A stretch of DNA of 64,000 nucleotides from Hoeflea sp. (GTDB taxonomy: Bacteria; Pseudomonadota; Alphaproteobacteria; Rhizobiales; Rhizobiaceae). The notes beneath the pieces are model-generated. The model made no database searches. It was not told the origin of the DNA and saw only the letters and a program-made list of their open reading frames with translations. The stretch lies in contig NZ_NVXQ01000010.1 in the NCBI RefSeq assembly GCF_002733955.1, forward strand, positions 4,163-68,162, written 5' to 3'. Made by a program: the position numbers and the translations under genes. This document shows, piece after piece, positions 8,569 through 18,002 of this stretch (position 1 is its first letter; every line of letters starts with the position of its first letter).

Positions 8569-10460
8569 CAGAACGCCCTTTCTTCGATGGCTTGCGCCTC
8601 GGACTGAAATGCGGCCCAGCTTGCCTCTGCGGCGGCCCAATTGTCGGCGCGGACTTCTGCGCCAACTGCAGCCAGGTGTTCTGCGAGGGAGTAGATCTCC
8701 GGGCGTGCGACAAGGTTCGCCATGGTGCCAGCATCCGCTGCAAGATCGGCGGCGACGGTATCAGTCAGGAGCAGGATGTGCTGAGTGTCCCGGCGCGGCA
8801 GAAGGGTATCGAGGGTGGAGGCAAAGGTTGTCAGCTCCGCAAAAGCCAACCGGAATGGCGTATTCTCGGTGTCGAAGTCCTCATAAGGTTCATCCGCCGC
8901 GCCAACGGTCTCAAGGTAAGCGGTGAGATCGGCGCGCTCGGACTCGCTGAGGCCAAGGCTCTTGGTCGTGTCGAACCAGTTGACAACGGCGGCCAGCGTC
9001 GGCATCGAGCCGTCGTGGAAATAGGGCGCGGTATAGACGGTCCCGAGCAGGGTCGGCGTGTCCAGCGCCCCGCCGCGCGACCCTTCATAGGCCGGGATGA
9101 CCGATCCTATGTCATGTGCCTGCCGGTCCAGGAAATTGCCATCTGGCACATGACAACTGGCGCATGATTTGCCGTTCAGCCCGTCAAAAGGCTGGTTGAA
9201 GATCGCCGCGCCGCGCTGTGCCGCCTCAGGCGCGGCCTCGGTCAGGCGGCCGTCGCCGGTTAGCATCGCGTTCGGCAGAAAGTCGAACTCGGTCATGTAC
9301 GCGACGAGGGCGTCCAGCATGAAGGGCGTCGGCTCGGCCCCAGCGAATTCGTTGACGATCACGTTGCGGGTGAAATCGCGAATGCTGGCAAACCGGCCGT
9401 CACGGCCATAAGGACCCGTAAACCGCAGGCCGCGCAGGCTGGGAATGTCGATCGGGTCGGCGCGGCGGTCGTTGAACATCGGATTGAAGAAGGCACCGTC
9501 CACATCCACTGCTCCGGGTTGATGGCTGGCGCCGGGAATGAAGAAACGCTGGTTGATATCCGAACGGTTGTGGCAGGTCGAGCAGGCGATGCCAATTTCA
9601 CGCGCCGGGCCGCTGAATATTTCGGGGCTGTCGAACAGCATGTCGCCATAGGCGATGAGCGGCAGGTCGGTCTCATCTATGCCTTGCTCCTCGAAACCCA
9701 GTACAAGCAGGGGCAACGGATCCTGATCGAAGATGTCAGAGCCCGGAGGCAGCGTCGCGGGAAGCGTTACCGCACGGCCGCTGAGGGCGATGGTTTCCGG
9801 CACGGCGGTGAGGGTTGTGCGCGGTGCAAAATCGGCGACGCGGTAGTTCGCGGCGAGATAGTCGGAAACAACCACCCGCGCTGTCGCCATTGCGTTGAGA
9901 TCGGGTTCGGTCGCTCCAGCACCCAGCACCCCGGTGGAGCCGGTGGCACTGGACAGCTCCAGCCAGGCCCGTCCGAGCGCGCGGGCCGCTTCAGGGTCGG
10001 CGGCGGCGAGATGATCCTCGATTGCGCGATAAAGCTCTCGGGCCGTGCGTACCGCCTGCTGGGCTGCAGCGGGGCTCTCGGCCGCCAACGCCGCGTCAAG
10101 CTCTTCGTCGATGCGGGCGGAGATAATACGCGTCGCGGCCTCGAAAACCGCTGCCCGATCTTCGCGCGCGATGGCAGCTGTCAGCGGCTCGGTCGGTAGG
10201 GAGCTTTGGCCTGCGAGCCAATCGAGCGCACCTTGCGTGTATTCCGATCCGCGATAGGGCTCCTCCCAGGCGCGCCCTAATTCATCCCAAGGCACGGGAG
10301 TAAGATTGCCCAGAAACAGGGTCAGCCGGTAGGCGGCAGCCTCGGGTAGCCAAGGGGTATCTCTGGCCGGGGTCGCCATGGCCGGCCCGGCGAGCAGACC
10401 GATCCCCAGCCCAAAGCCGAAGACGAGAGCTAGTAATTTGATACGCACACGCGCCTCCAT
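8568..10460 (-). CDS. Di-haem cytochrome c peroxidase/MauG-family protein with a ~270-aa N-terminal domain
   Basis: Signal peptide. Two CXXCH motifs (CSTCHNR, CASCHVP) in a CCP-like C-terminal half. First gene of the phnDCE-like operon. Confidence 0.7.
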   Translation of the reverse strand: MEARVRIKLLALVFGFGLGIGLLAGPAMATPARDTPWLPEAAAYRLTLFLGNLTPVPWDELGRAWEEPYRGSEYTQGALDWLAGQSSLPTEPLTAAIAREDRAAVFEAATRIISARIDEELDAALAAESPAAAQQAVRTARELYRAIEDHLAAADPEAARALGRAWLELSSATGSTGVLGAGATEPDLNAMATARVVVSDYLAANYRVADFAPRTTLTAVPETIALSGRAVTLPATLPPGSDIFDQDPLPLLVLGFEEQGIDETDLPLIAYGDMLFDSPEIFSGPAREIGIACSTCHNRSDINQRFFIPGASHQPGAVDVDGAFFNPMFNDRRADPIDIPSLRGLRFTGPYGRDGRFASIRDFTRNVIVNEFAGAEPTPFMLDALVAYMTEFDFLPNAMLTGDGRLTEAAPEAAQRGAAIFNQPFDGLNGKSCASCHVPDGNFLDRQAHDIGSVIPAYEGSRGGALDTPTLLGTVYTAPYFHDGSMPTLAAVVNWFDTTKSLGLSESERADLTAYLETVGAADEPYEDFDTENTPFRLAFAELTTFASTLDTLLPRRDTQHILLLTDTVAADLAADAGTMANLVARPEIYSLAEHLAAVGAEVRADNWAAAEASWAAFQSEAQAIEERAF

Positions 10461-10465
10461 CCCGA

Positions 10466-10485
10466 TTTTTAGCTAAGGCTAACTT
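10466..10485. promoter_or_regulatory. Candidate MntR/DtxR-type operator
   Basis: tttTTAGCTAAGGCTAActt contains the dyad TTAGC-taag-GCTAA. Its core TAGCnAAGGCTA resembles the E. coli MntR box as I recall it (AAACATAGCAAAGGCTATGTTT). It lies in the 80-bp divergent intergenic region. Confidence 0.3.
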
Positions 10486-10540
10486 ATACATCCTTGACCA
10501 ACATATTGTCAATCGGGCAGCGATCCGGCATTGTCCTCTG

Positions 10541-10999
10541 ATGATTGACCAAACTTCACAGTCTAGCGACGATCTCGCGCCGGACAGCCGCGCCCCCGAA
10601 GCACAAGCCAACGGGTTCGCGACCGTACGCGAGGCGCGGCGTAACGAGTTGGCCGAAGATTATGTCGAACTGATCGCCGACCTGATCCACCAGTATGGCG
10701 AGGCACGTCCGGTCGATATCGCCGAGCGGTTTGGCGTTCGCGCGCCGACCGTGACCAAAACGCTGAACCGCTTGGCGCGCGAAGGACTGATCACCCGCGA
10801 GAAGTACCGTTCAGTGTTCCTGACGGAAGCAGGTCGGACGCTGGCACAGGAATGCCGCCGTCGCCACGAAATCGTACTGCGGTTCCTGATCCGTCTCGGA
10901 CTTGACCCCGAAACGGCGGAGCGTGATGCCGAGGGGATTGAACATCATGTCAGCGAGCAGACACTCGCCCTGTTCGAATCCTATGCCAATCGGCCCTAG
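10541..10999 (+). CDS. mntR: DtxR/MntR-family metal-dependent transcriptional regulator
   Basis: RRNELAEDYVELIADLIHQYGEARPVDIAERFGVRAPTVTKTLNRLAREGLI ... AERDAEGIEHHVSEQT, typical of the MntR HTH plus metal-site region. Confidence 0.8.
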   Translation: MIDQTSQSSDDLAPDSRAPEAQANGFATVREARRNELAEDYVELIADLIHQYGEARPVDIAERFGVRAPTVTKTLNRLAREGLITREKYRSVFLTEAGRTLAQECRRRHEIVLRFLIRLGLDPETAERDAEGIEHHVSEQTLALFESYANRP

Positions 11000-11006
11000 C
11001 GGAGCC

Positions 11007-11660
11007 TCACGTACTCTCGACCGCGCTGCGGACTTCAGCGATGAGGCCGTCCAAACTGGGTTCCGATAGTTCGCGCCCGTTTAGAAAAAAGGTGGGAGTC
11101 TGACGGATACCCACCGCTTCGACATCTGCCTTATCCTGGTTCAGAATTGCTGTAATTCCGGGAAACAACCTGTCGCTCTTGGCCCGTTCCAGATCAAGAC
11201 CGGCAGCCGCCGCGATCTGCCAGGCCAAGTCCATACGCGGTGCACCGTGCACAGCCCATGCTGGTTGCTGCTTCAGGATGGCATTGAGCACAGGTTCAAA
11301 CTTGTCCTGCATTCGTGCGGTCTCCAGGATACGCACCGCCTCGTCCGATCCTTCATGAAACACAGTGTAGCGCATGACGACGCGCACCTGCTCCGGGAAC
11401 TCCTCGCGTATTGCCTGAACTGCCGGATGAAAGGCCCTGCAGGCCTCGCAGGAGGGATCAAAAAATTCAACAAGGGTGACCGGAGCCTCATCGGGGCCGA
11501 AGCTTGGCGAATAATCTCGAATCAACTGCGCCTCATCAACTGCCGGGGTTACTGCCTCGGCCTCGGTCAATTGTTGGCGCCGGGTCAGGAAGAAGGCGCC
11601 GCTACCGAAAGCGGCTAGCCCGAGAGCCGAAGCTCCAATCAAGAGAGTGCGTCTGTTCAT
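11007..11660 (-). CDS. DsbA-family thiol:disulfide oxidoreductase
   Basis: The internal ATG at 11660 gives MNRRTLLIGASALGLAAFG (signal). Thioredoxin motif FFDPSCEACRAF (CxxC). Confidence 0.8.
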   Translation of the reverse strand: MNRRTLLIGASALGLAAFGSGAFFLTRRQQLTEAEAVTPAVDEAQLIRDYSPSFGPDEAPVTLVEFFDPSCEACRAFHPAVQAIREEFPEQVRVVMRYTVFHEGSDEAVRILETARMQDKFEPVLNAILKQQPAWAVHGAPRMDLAWQIAAAAGLDLERAKSDRLFPGITAILNQDKADVEAVGIRQTPTFFLNGRELSEPSLDGLIAEVRSAVEST

Positions 11661-12055
11661 GCGCGTCTTCCTTTCGATAGAACAAGGCAACTGAGGATCG
11701 CTCCAAAGGCGATCAGGGATAGATAGGGAATGGGCAGGCCAAGGATGGTCTGTGCCTGATCGGTGCAGGACGGCCCGGTTTTTGCACAAGGCGTGACAGC
11801 CTCTTGGATCCAGCCGGAGTAAAGGCCGGAATGCCAACCCGCCAACATCAGGCCGGCCGCTGCCAACGGCAGGCCGTAGGGTCGGGCCATGCCGTCGGCG
11901 CGCCAGATCGAAAGGCCGACGATGGGCACCAGGGGAAACATGGCAATGCGTTGGTACCAGCAAAGAGTACAGGGCATCTGTCCGAGCACTTCCCCAATGA
12001 AGAGAGCGCCAAGTGTTGCGGCCAGAGCGATAACGAACGCCGCCAGCAAGGGCAT
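11657..12055 (-). CDS. DsbB/BdbC-family disulfide bond formation protein
   Basis: The internal ATG at 12055 gives MPLLAAFVIALAATLGALFIGEVLGQMPCTLCWYQR (CxxC in the first loop) and a second Cys pair (TPCAKTGPSC). Four TM helices. Confidence 0.7.
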   Translation of the reverse strand: MPLLAAFVIALAATLGALFIGEVLGQMPCTLCWYQRIAMFPLVPIVGLSIWRADGMARPYGLPLAAAGLMLAGWHSGLYSGWIQEAVTPCAKTGPSCTDQAQTILGLPIPYLSLIAFGAILSCLVLSKGRRA

Positions 12056-12080
12056 ATCCTCGCCGGACAATGATTGAGGG

Positions 12081-12566
12081 TCAGGATTGGTCAACGACGG
12101 TGTCCTTAGATCGGTGTGAAGCGAATGTGGCGAACACGATAAACAGAGCGCCAAACGTAATCGCAATATCGGCTGTGTTAAAAGTTGGCCAGCGCCAGCC
12201 CTGAAAAGAGAGATCTATGAAATCAGTGACCGCGCCCTGTCGCAACCGATCAACCACATTGCCAAGCGCGCCACCCACTATCAGAGAAAATCCGATCTGT
12301 TCGACCGGGTGACGCGCCCGAAATGCCATGATGGCGAGGACCACGGTCAAGGTGCCGGTCAGCGCGGCCATGACCAGCGGTTTACCAGCCATGAGGTCAG
12401 AGAACAGACCAAAGCTCACCCCTACATTAAAGCCGAGCGTCAGATCCAATCCGGGCAAAACTGCCACTGAATTACCCTGCAAGAGCAGCGACAAGGCCGC
12501 CGCCTTGGTCAGTTGATCAGTGGTTGTTGTGGCTCCGATCAATGCCCACACCCACCGAGCGTTCAT
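12081..12566 (-). CDS. lspA: Lipoprotein signal peptidase II
   Basis: NVGVSFG, GGALGNVVDRL and FNTADIAI are conserved LspA blocks including the catalytic Asp residues. Confidence 0.85.
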   Translation of the reverse strand: MNARWVWALIGATTTTDQLTKAAALSLLLQGNSVAVLPGLDLTLGFNVGVSFGLFSDLMAGKPLVMAALTGTLTVVLAIMAFRARHPVEQIGFSLIVGGALGNVVDRLRQGAVTDFIDLSFQGWRWPTFNTADIAITFGALFIVFATFASHRSKDTVVDQS

Positions 12567-13186
12567 GGCCTTATACCGCGACGCATGCTAACCCAACGCG
12601 GCACAGTTGCGGCATACTGCTCATAATCCCGCCCCAACGCTTGGCTAAGTATAGCCTCCTCGGAACGAACCTGTATCGAGGCTGACCAGAAAAAGATCAG
12701 CGGGGCAAGAATCGTCGGGATTGCTGGAACCGCTAGACTGATACCGGCCAGAAGCATGAATTGACCGACAAAGGTGGGATTGCGGCTGAACCGATAGAGT
12801 CCGTCCGAGACGAGGTTGCCGGTCGCTCCCTCGGTTACGCCAACGCGCCACGAGCTCCCCATCGACATTTGCGCCGCGAAGGCAAGCATCGCGCCGACCC
12901 CTGCTACGAACACGCCGATCAGACCAAGCGCTGCTGTAGAGCCTCGGCTCCAGAACGGATCCATCTCGCGCAAGACAGGCATCACCAACCAAAGTAGCGG
13001 CGCAACAGAAGCCAGAACAAAGGCCGCACGGAACCCCATTGCGGCCCATCGGTCACGTCCCCTGGCACGGCCAAACAGCCATACCGGCTTTCCCGCTGCC
13101 CGTGCTGCGATCGCGCTGCCCCAGAAGAAGAGGGAAAGGTAGCCAAAAAGAAGGACCAGCACGGACCAACCAAAGCTGGAAATCAT
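12563..13186 (-). CDS. Isoprenylcysteine carboxyl methyltransferase (ICMT/PEMT)-family membrane methyltransferase
   Basis: GLYRFSRNPTFVGQFMLLAG ... RSEEAIL is the characteristic ICMT-family C-terminal block. Confidence 0.65.
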   Translation of the reverse strand: MISSFGWSVLVLLFGYLSLFFWGSAIAARAAGKPVWLFGRARGRDRWAAMGFRAAFVLASVAPLLWLVMPVLREMDPFWSRGSTAALGLIGVFVAGVGAMLAFAAQMSMGSSWRVGVTEGATGNLVSDGLYRFSRNPTFVGQFMLLAGISLAVPAIPTILAPLIFFWSASIQVRSEEAILSQALGRDYEQYAATVPRWVSMRRGIRP

Positions 13187-13190
13187 GATA

Positions 13191-15485
13191 TCAGGCCTCC
13201 TGCTCTGGATTGAACCGCAGCAGCCGCAACGCGTTCAGCGTGACGAGCACCGTCGCTCCGGTATCGGCCATAATCGCGATCCAGAGACCGGTCAGCCCCA
13301 AAACGGATGTCACGAGGAAGACCGCTTTCAGACCGAGCGCAATGGTAACGTTCTGGCGAATGTTGGCCATTGCCGCACGGGTAAGCCGGATGGTCGCCGG
13401 AATGTCGGTCACCCGGTCACGCAGGATGGCCGCATCGGCCGTTTCGAGCGCGACATCGGTCCCCGATCCCATGGCTACGCCAACGCTTGCCTGCTTGAGG
13501 GCTGGGGCGTCATTGATGCCGTCTCCGATCATCATCACGCCGCCATGTTCGCTCATGTCGCGAATGGCTTTAAGCTTGTCTTCGGGCATCATGTCGGCCT
13601 GATATTCCATGCCCAGGTTTTGCGCTATTGCCGCTGCCGTACGCGGATTGTCTCCGGTCAGGATGATGGGTGTAATACCGATGGCTCTCAGCTGGCGAAC
13701 CGCTTCGGGCGCATCGGAGCGCGGTTCGTCACGCACAGCGATAATGCCGAGCGGGGTCTTCTCGCGGAAGACCACCACAGCGGTCTTGCCCTCTTCCTCA
13801 AACGTTGTGGTCTGGGCGAGGTCAGACTCGTCAATGCCGGCGTTCTCCCTGGCATATCCGGGCGAAGCCACCCAAGCGGAAGCGCCTCCCACAGTGGCGG
13901 TCACACCCTTGCCCATCAGCGCCTTTGCATCGCGTGCCGGTGGGATCACTATGCCTTCTTCCTCGGCCTTGCGCAAAATGGCGACAGCCAAGGGATGGCT
14001 AGAGCCGCCTTCTACGCCCGCCGCGACAGAGAGAAGCTCGGCCTCGGTTGTTTTTCCCAAAGTCACGACGTCTGTCACCACCGGTCGCCCATGGGTCAAC
14101 GTCCCGGTCTTGTCGAAGGCCACGCGGCTCACCTTGGCAGTCGCTTCAATCACGGCGCCGCCTTTCAAGAGAAGGCCCCGCCGCGCACCGGTGGAAAGTG
14201 CCGAAGCGATGGAGGCGGGAACCGAGATCACGAGGGCACAGGGGCAACCTATCAACAAGAGCGCCAGCCCGCGGTAAACCCAGGTATCCCAAGGCTGGCC
14301 AAAAGCCAGTGGCGGCACGAGCACGACCAGCGCCGCGACAGTGACGATTGCAGGCATGTACCAGCGGCTGAAGCGGTCGATAAACCGCTCGGTCGGCGCG
14401 CGAGCCTCCTCGGCCTCTTCCACGAGGCGAATGATGCGTGAGATGGTGTTGTCTTCGGCGGCTTTGGTTACGGTAATCCGCAGGGCGGCTTCGGTATTGA
14501 TCGATCCTGCAAATACAGGATCGCCCGGACCTTTGTTCACCGGCACACTTTCACCAGTTACCGGACTGTCGTCCACCCCGGAGGTGCCTTCTGTGATCTC
14601 GCCGTCTGCCGGAATACGATCGCCGGGACGGACGAGCACGATCTGTCCTATAGCAAGACTTGCTGCCGGCACTTCGCGTGTGACGCCGTCCATTTCCAGA
14701 AGCGCCGTTTTCGGGACGAGATTGGCAAGCGCCCGTATCCCGTCGCGCGCCTTGCCTGCCGCCACGCCTTCCAGGACTTCGCCCACTGCAAAGAGGAAAA
14801 CAACCAGTGCCGCCTCTTCCGCCGCATTGATGAACAGTGCGCCGATAGCGGCAACCGTCATGAGGCTTTCGATGGTGAAAGGCTGCCCCACGCGCAAAGC
14901 GACAAACGCGCGGCGGGCAATGGGGGTAACTCCGATCAGACACGCGGCGACAAAGGCCCAGTTTCCCACCTCTGGCACAATCAGTTCCACTCCCCAGGCT
15001 ATCATGAGAAGCAAGGCGGTAAAAATCACCAGTCTGCCCTTGGCCGTCTGGTACCACCGCTTGCCTCGATCTGCGGGATCGTCATGTACGTGTCCGGGAC
15101 TGCCATGACCGGAATGATCTTTTGCCTTGCCGCCGGCCTGGGAGTGGCCGGTACAGCTTGCACTCTGATCGACAGCTTCGTCCTGCACCGCCGTCGCGAC
15201 GCGCGGTTCGATACCGTAACCGAGCGCACGAACAGTTCTTTCAACCTTGTCGCGGCCGGTTTCACCTTCGTCCAGCGTCAGGCGCAGGCGTTCGGACATA
15301 ATGCCGACCTCGACGCCGGTGACTCCTGGCAGCCTTGCCACGGCGTCCTTGACCTTCGTCGCACAAGACCCGCAGTCCATGCCAGATACAGTCCAGTCGC
15401 AACTGATTCCCTTTTTTGCTTCCGTTTCCGACACATTTTTTCCTTCGCTCAACAGGGGTTTCTCGGGCTTGATATCGTCAGCCAC
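13191..15485 (-). CDS. Cd/Zn/Pb-type heavy-metal translocating P1B-ATPase
   Basis: HMA domain GMDCGSCATKV. His-rich stretch (GHSQAGGKAKDHSGHGSPGHVHDD). CPC motif (GCPCALVIS). DKTGTLT phosphorylation site and GDGINDAPAL hinge. Confidence 0.9.
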   Translation of the reverse strand: MADDIKPEKPLLSEGKNVSETEAKKGISCDWTVSGMDCGSCATKVKDAVARLPGVTGVEVGIMSERLRLTLDEGETGRDKVERTVRALGYGIEPRVATAVQDEAVDQSASCTGHSQAGGKAKDHSGHGSPGHVHDDPADRGKRWYQTAKGRLVIFTALLLMIAWGVELIVPEVGNWAFVAACLIGVTPIARRAFVALRVGQPFTIESLMTVAAIGALFINAAEEAALVVFLFAVGEVLEGVAAGKARDGIRALANLVPKTALLEMDGVTREVPAASLAIGQIVLVRPGDRIPADGEITEGTSGVDDSPVTGESVPVNKGPGDPVFAGSINTEAALRITVTKAAEDNTISRIIRLVEEAEEARAPTERFIDRFSRWYMPAIVTVAALVVLVPPLAFGQPWDTWVYRGLALLLIGCPCALVISVPASIASALSTGARRGLLLKGGAVIEATAKVSRVAFDKTGTLTHGRPVVTDVVTLGKTTEAELLSVAAGVEGGSSHPLAVAILRKAEEEGIVIPPARDAKALMGKGVTATVGGASAWVASPGYARENAGIDESDLAQTTTFEEEGKTAVVVFREKTPLGIIAVRDEPRSDAPEAVRQLRAIGITPIILTGDNPRTAAAIAQNLGMEYQADMMPEDKLKAIRDMSEHGGVMMIGDGINDAPALKQASVGVAMGSGTDVALETADAAILRDRVTDIPATIRLTRAAMANIRQNVTIALGLKAVFLVTSVLGLTGLWIAIMADTGATVLVTLNALRLLRFNPEQEA

Positions 15486-15501
15486 CCCTTTTAATGTCTC
15501 T

Positions 15502-15514
15502 AGCTACTGTAGCT
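15502..15514. promoter_or_regulatory. MerR-type operator dyad in the 43-bp divergent ATPase/regulator intergenic region
   Basis: Perfect palindrome AGCTAC-T-GTAGCT, centred between the two divergent start codons (15485 and 15529). Confidence 0.5.
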
Positions 15515-15528
15515 TCAAGAGAAAAATT

Positions 15529-15969
15529 ATGCTGACCATTGGAAAACTTGGGCAGGCGGCGGGGGTCAAGGTGCCGACCATCCGCTATTATGAGCAAATC
15601 GGCTTGTTGCCGGAGGCTGAGCGTAGCGCTGGAAACCAGAGACTCTACAGCCGTAAGGCGCTTGACCGTCTAACCTTCGTCCGACATGCGCGTGAACTTG
15701 GTTTTACGCTTGACGCAATCCGCGATCTGCTCAGCCTCTCTGACCATCCTGATCAGCCGTGCGCAGCAGCCGATGCGATAGCCAAAGCTCAATTGGCGGA
15801 AATAGAGAAACGCCTCGCACGTCTCGCCTCGCTGAAAGTTGAACTCAATCGCATGGTTGTGCAGTGCGCAGGTGGCAAGATTGCAGATTGCCGAGTTATT
15901 GAGGTGTTGAGCGATCATTCGCTTTGTGCGACCGATCACCGCCACTTGCAGGACGAAAAGGATCATTAA
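15529..15969 (+). CDS. MerR-family heavy-metal-responsive regulator (CadR/PbrR/ZntR-like)
   Basis: The internal ATG at 15529 gives MLTIGKLGQAAGVKVPTIRYYEQIGLL (MerR HTH). C-terminal Cys residues (QPCAAAD, VQCAGGKIADC) are candidate metal ligands. Confidence 0.85.
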   Translation: MLTIGKLGQAAGVKVPTIRYYEQIGLLPEAERSAGNQRLYSRKALDRLTFVRHARELGFTLDAIRDLLSLSDHPDQPCAAADAIAKAQLAEIEKRLARLASLKVELNRMVVQCAGGKIADCRVIEVLSDHSLCATDHRHLQDEKDH

Positions 15970-16224
15970 TCCGTTTGGATTGTTTATCATCCATGCGGCG
16001 GCACCGCTGGTTGAAATGGGTGGCTTATTGCCTGCTGGGCTTCGATGGCGCTGGGGGGAGAGGGTCCTGTGGCCGCTGGCAGCCGCAGGACAACGGCTGG
16101 ACACTCCGTTCTGAAAGGCGCTGAAAACAATGTTCTTGGGGCTGGCATGTATGCACTGCGGAAGCGAGAGAGTTCAGAAATATCCGTCGCTTAACGGTCG
16201 GCGAACAAGGTGAGGTTGAAAAGC

Positions 16225-16938
16225 ATGAGAAAAAACAGATTGCTAGCCGTTGACGCAGCACGAGGGACGGCAATTGCCGGCGTGGTTCTTTTCCATTTCG
16301 TCTGGGATCTGGAATTCACGGGATTTGTATCGGGCGTGGCTTTCCATCCGCTGTGGCTCGCATTCGGGCGTTTGCTGGCCGGGAGCTTCATGTTCCTTGC
16401 AGGAGTGAGTCTGGTTCTGGCGCATGGCACAGAGTTGAGAGCTCGGACGTTTTTCCGCCGGTTGGCCATCATTGTTGTCGCGGCCTTGGCGATAAGCGTT
16501 GTGACATGGTTCACATTCCCCAACGCATTTGTTTACTTTGGAATCCTGCATTCGATCGCGGTCGCAAGTCTCCTCGGGGTGATGTTTCTCAGGCTCCCGG
16601 CTTTGGCCAGCCTGTTTGCCGGCCTGGCGATAATGGCGCTTCCCTGGTACCTATCGCTGCCTGCTTTCGATCCCCGCTGGCTAGCCTGGATCGGCCTTTC
16701 AGCCAACCCACCTCTCAGCAATGATTTCGTTCCGGTGTTTCCCTGGGCAGGCATTACACTTCTTGGCATCAGCTTCGCCAAGGTCGTGGACATCAGTAAG
16801 AGCAGGATGGCCAGTGCGGGTGCGGATAGCACCATCTTCGCCAGGCTCGGCTGGCTGGGCCGCCACACCCTGCCGATCTATCTGCTTCACCAACCCGTGA
16901 TGCTGGCGATCATCGTTCCTCTGTCGCGCCTGTTCTAG
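16225..16938 (+). CDS. DUF1624 (heparan-alpha-glucosaminide N-acetyltransferase-like) membrane protein
   Basis: MRKNRLLAVDAARGTAIAGVVLFHFVWDL is the characteristic N-terminal block. Multi-TM. Confidence 0.55.
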   Translation: MRKNRLLAVDAARGTAIAGVVLFHFVWDLEFTGFVSGVAFHPLWLAFGRLLAGSFMFLAGVSLVLAHGTELRARTFFRRLAIIVVAALAISVVTWFTFPNAFVYFGILHSIAVASLLGVMFLRLPALASLFAGLAIMALPWYLSLPAFDPRWLAWIGLSANPPLSNDFVPVFPWAGITLLGISFAKVVDISKSRMASAGADSTIFARLGWLGRHTLPIYLLHQPVMLAIIVPLSRLF

Positions 16939-17981
16939 CGGGCTTTCGGTCCAGCGCCGAAGGGATCGGCAAGCGCTGCTTTCGGCCGACTAACGGGGAC
17001 AGAAGTCGATGAAGTGATTTCCGACAAATATTGCGGGCCCTTCTTGGCCAGAATTTTTCGGAAAATCGGATTCATTCCACCATCCGAATAAGCAAGGCCG
17101 ACATTCTGGCCATCTCTGAGCAGTTCTTTCATTCTCTCAATATCCCGCTCCGACTTCTCGGCCACTTGCTGGATCTCCGGTTCAAATGCCGGACATTGTC
17201 CAAGCGGATTAGCGGGCACATTGCCGTTGACGGGTTCGCCAAACCTGTAGCGTCCCTCGCAGAATTGAAATCGGGGAGTCTGGCGCAAAACTTCAAAGCG
17301 ATCATACCCGGCCTTGAGATCCATCCAGAAATCCAAATTTGGGTCTTCTCGGCGCGCGGCAAGGTTTTCTGGCGTCATCCGAAACGGATACGACTGGACT
17401 TGAACAGCCTGTTGCCCGCCACGCAAGGCATCCCGGACAAGGGCGTAAACTTCCGCAACATGCTCGTCAGAAATAGCAAAACAACCCGAGGAAGAACATG
17501 CTCCGTGAACCATCAGGGCCGAACCGGTATAGCCCTTTGCGCGTTCCAGCCGGTTCGGATAGCCGAGATCGAAGGAAAGGTAGTATTGCGACTTCGGGTT
17601 CAATCCACCTAGACCCACAGTGTAGAAACCTTCAGGTGCCTGACGGTCACCTTCGAGTTTTTTTGGGCCCAAAACGCCCGACCATCGGCACATCGGATAA
17701 GTCTTCATCAGCGCATACTTGCCGGTCGCGTTTTGCTTCCAAACTTCCAGTTCACTCTCCTGTTTGAAGATGCGAACCAGCACCGGATCTGCGGGCTTCA
17801 TGCCCATCTCCCGCATTTGCGCAATTGTCTTTTGGGGGATAGGAATATTGCCTCGGTCATCAAGCTCAAGCGTCTTCGACACACATCCAGACGCTATCAC
17901 ACCCGCCAAAAGGACACCGATCAAGCTGGGTCGAAACCCTCGTTTTGTTTGTCGCTTGGACCCGATCATCTTCAGCATCAT
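16935..17981 (-). CDS. L,D-transpeptidase family protein (YafK/ErfK-like, large form)
   Basis: Lipoprotein-like signal (GVIASGC). Catalytic block ALMVHGACSSSGCFAISDEHV. Confidence 0.7.
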   Translation of the reverse strand: MMLKMIGSKRQTKRGFRPSLIGVLLAGVIASGCVSKTLELDDRGNIPIPQKTIAQMREMGMKPADPVLVRIFKQESELEVWKQNATGKYALMKTYPMCRWSGVLGPKKLEGDRQAPEGFYTVGLGGLNPKSQYYLSFDLGYPNRLERAKGYTGSALMVHGACSSSGCFAISDEHVAEVYALVRDALRGGQQAVQVQSYPFRMTPENLAARREDPNLDFWMDLKAGYDRFEVLRQTPRFQFCEGRYRFGEPVNGNVPANPLGQCPAFEPEIQQVAEKSERDIERMKELLRDGQNVGLAYSDGGMNPIFRKILAKKGPQYLSEITSSTSVPVSRPKAALADPFGAGPKAR

Positions 17982-18002
17982 TTCCGTTTCTTGCCTTTGG
18001 CG

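Noticed and set aside
13185-14441. 418-aa plus-strand ORF, and several others from 13210 to 15108, inside the P-type ATPase gene
   Set aside because: These are antisense shadow ORFs of a high-GC gene. The Arg/Gly/His-rich composition has no family resemblance. The minus-strand ATPase has all canonical motifs.
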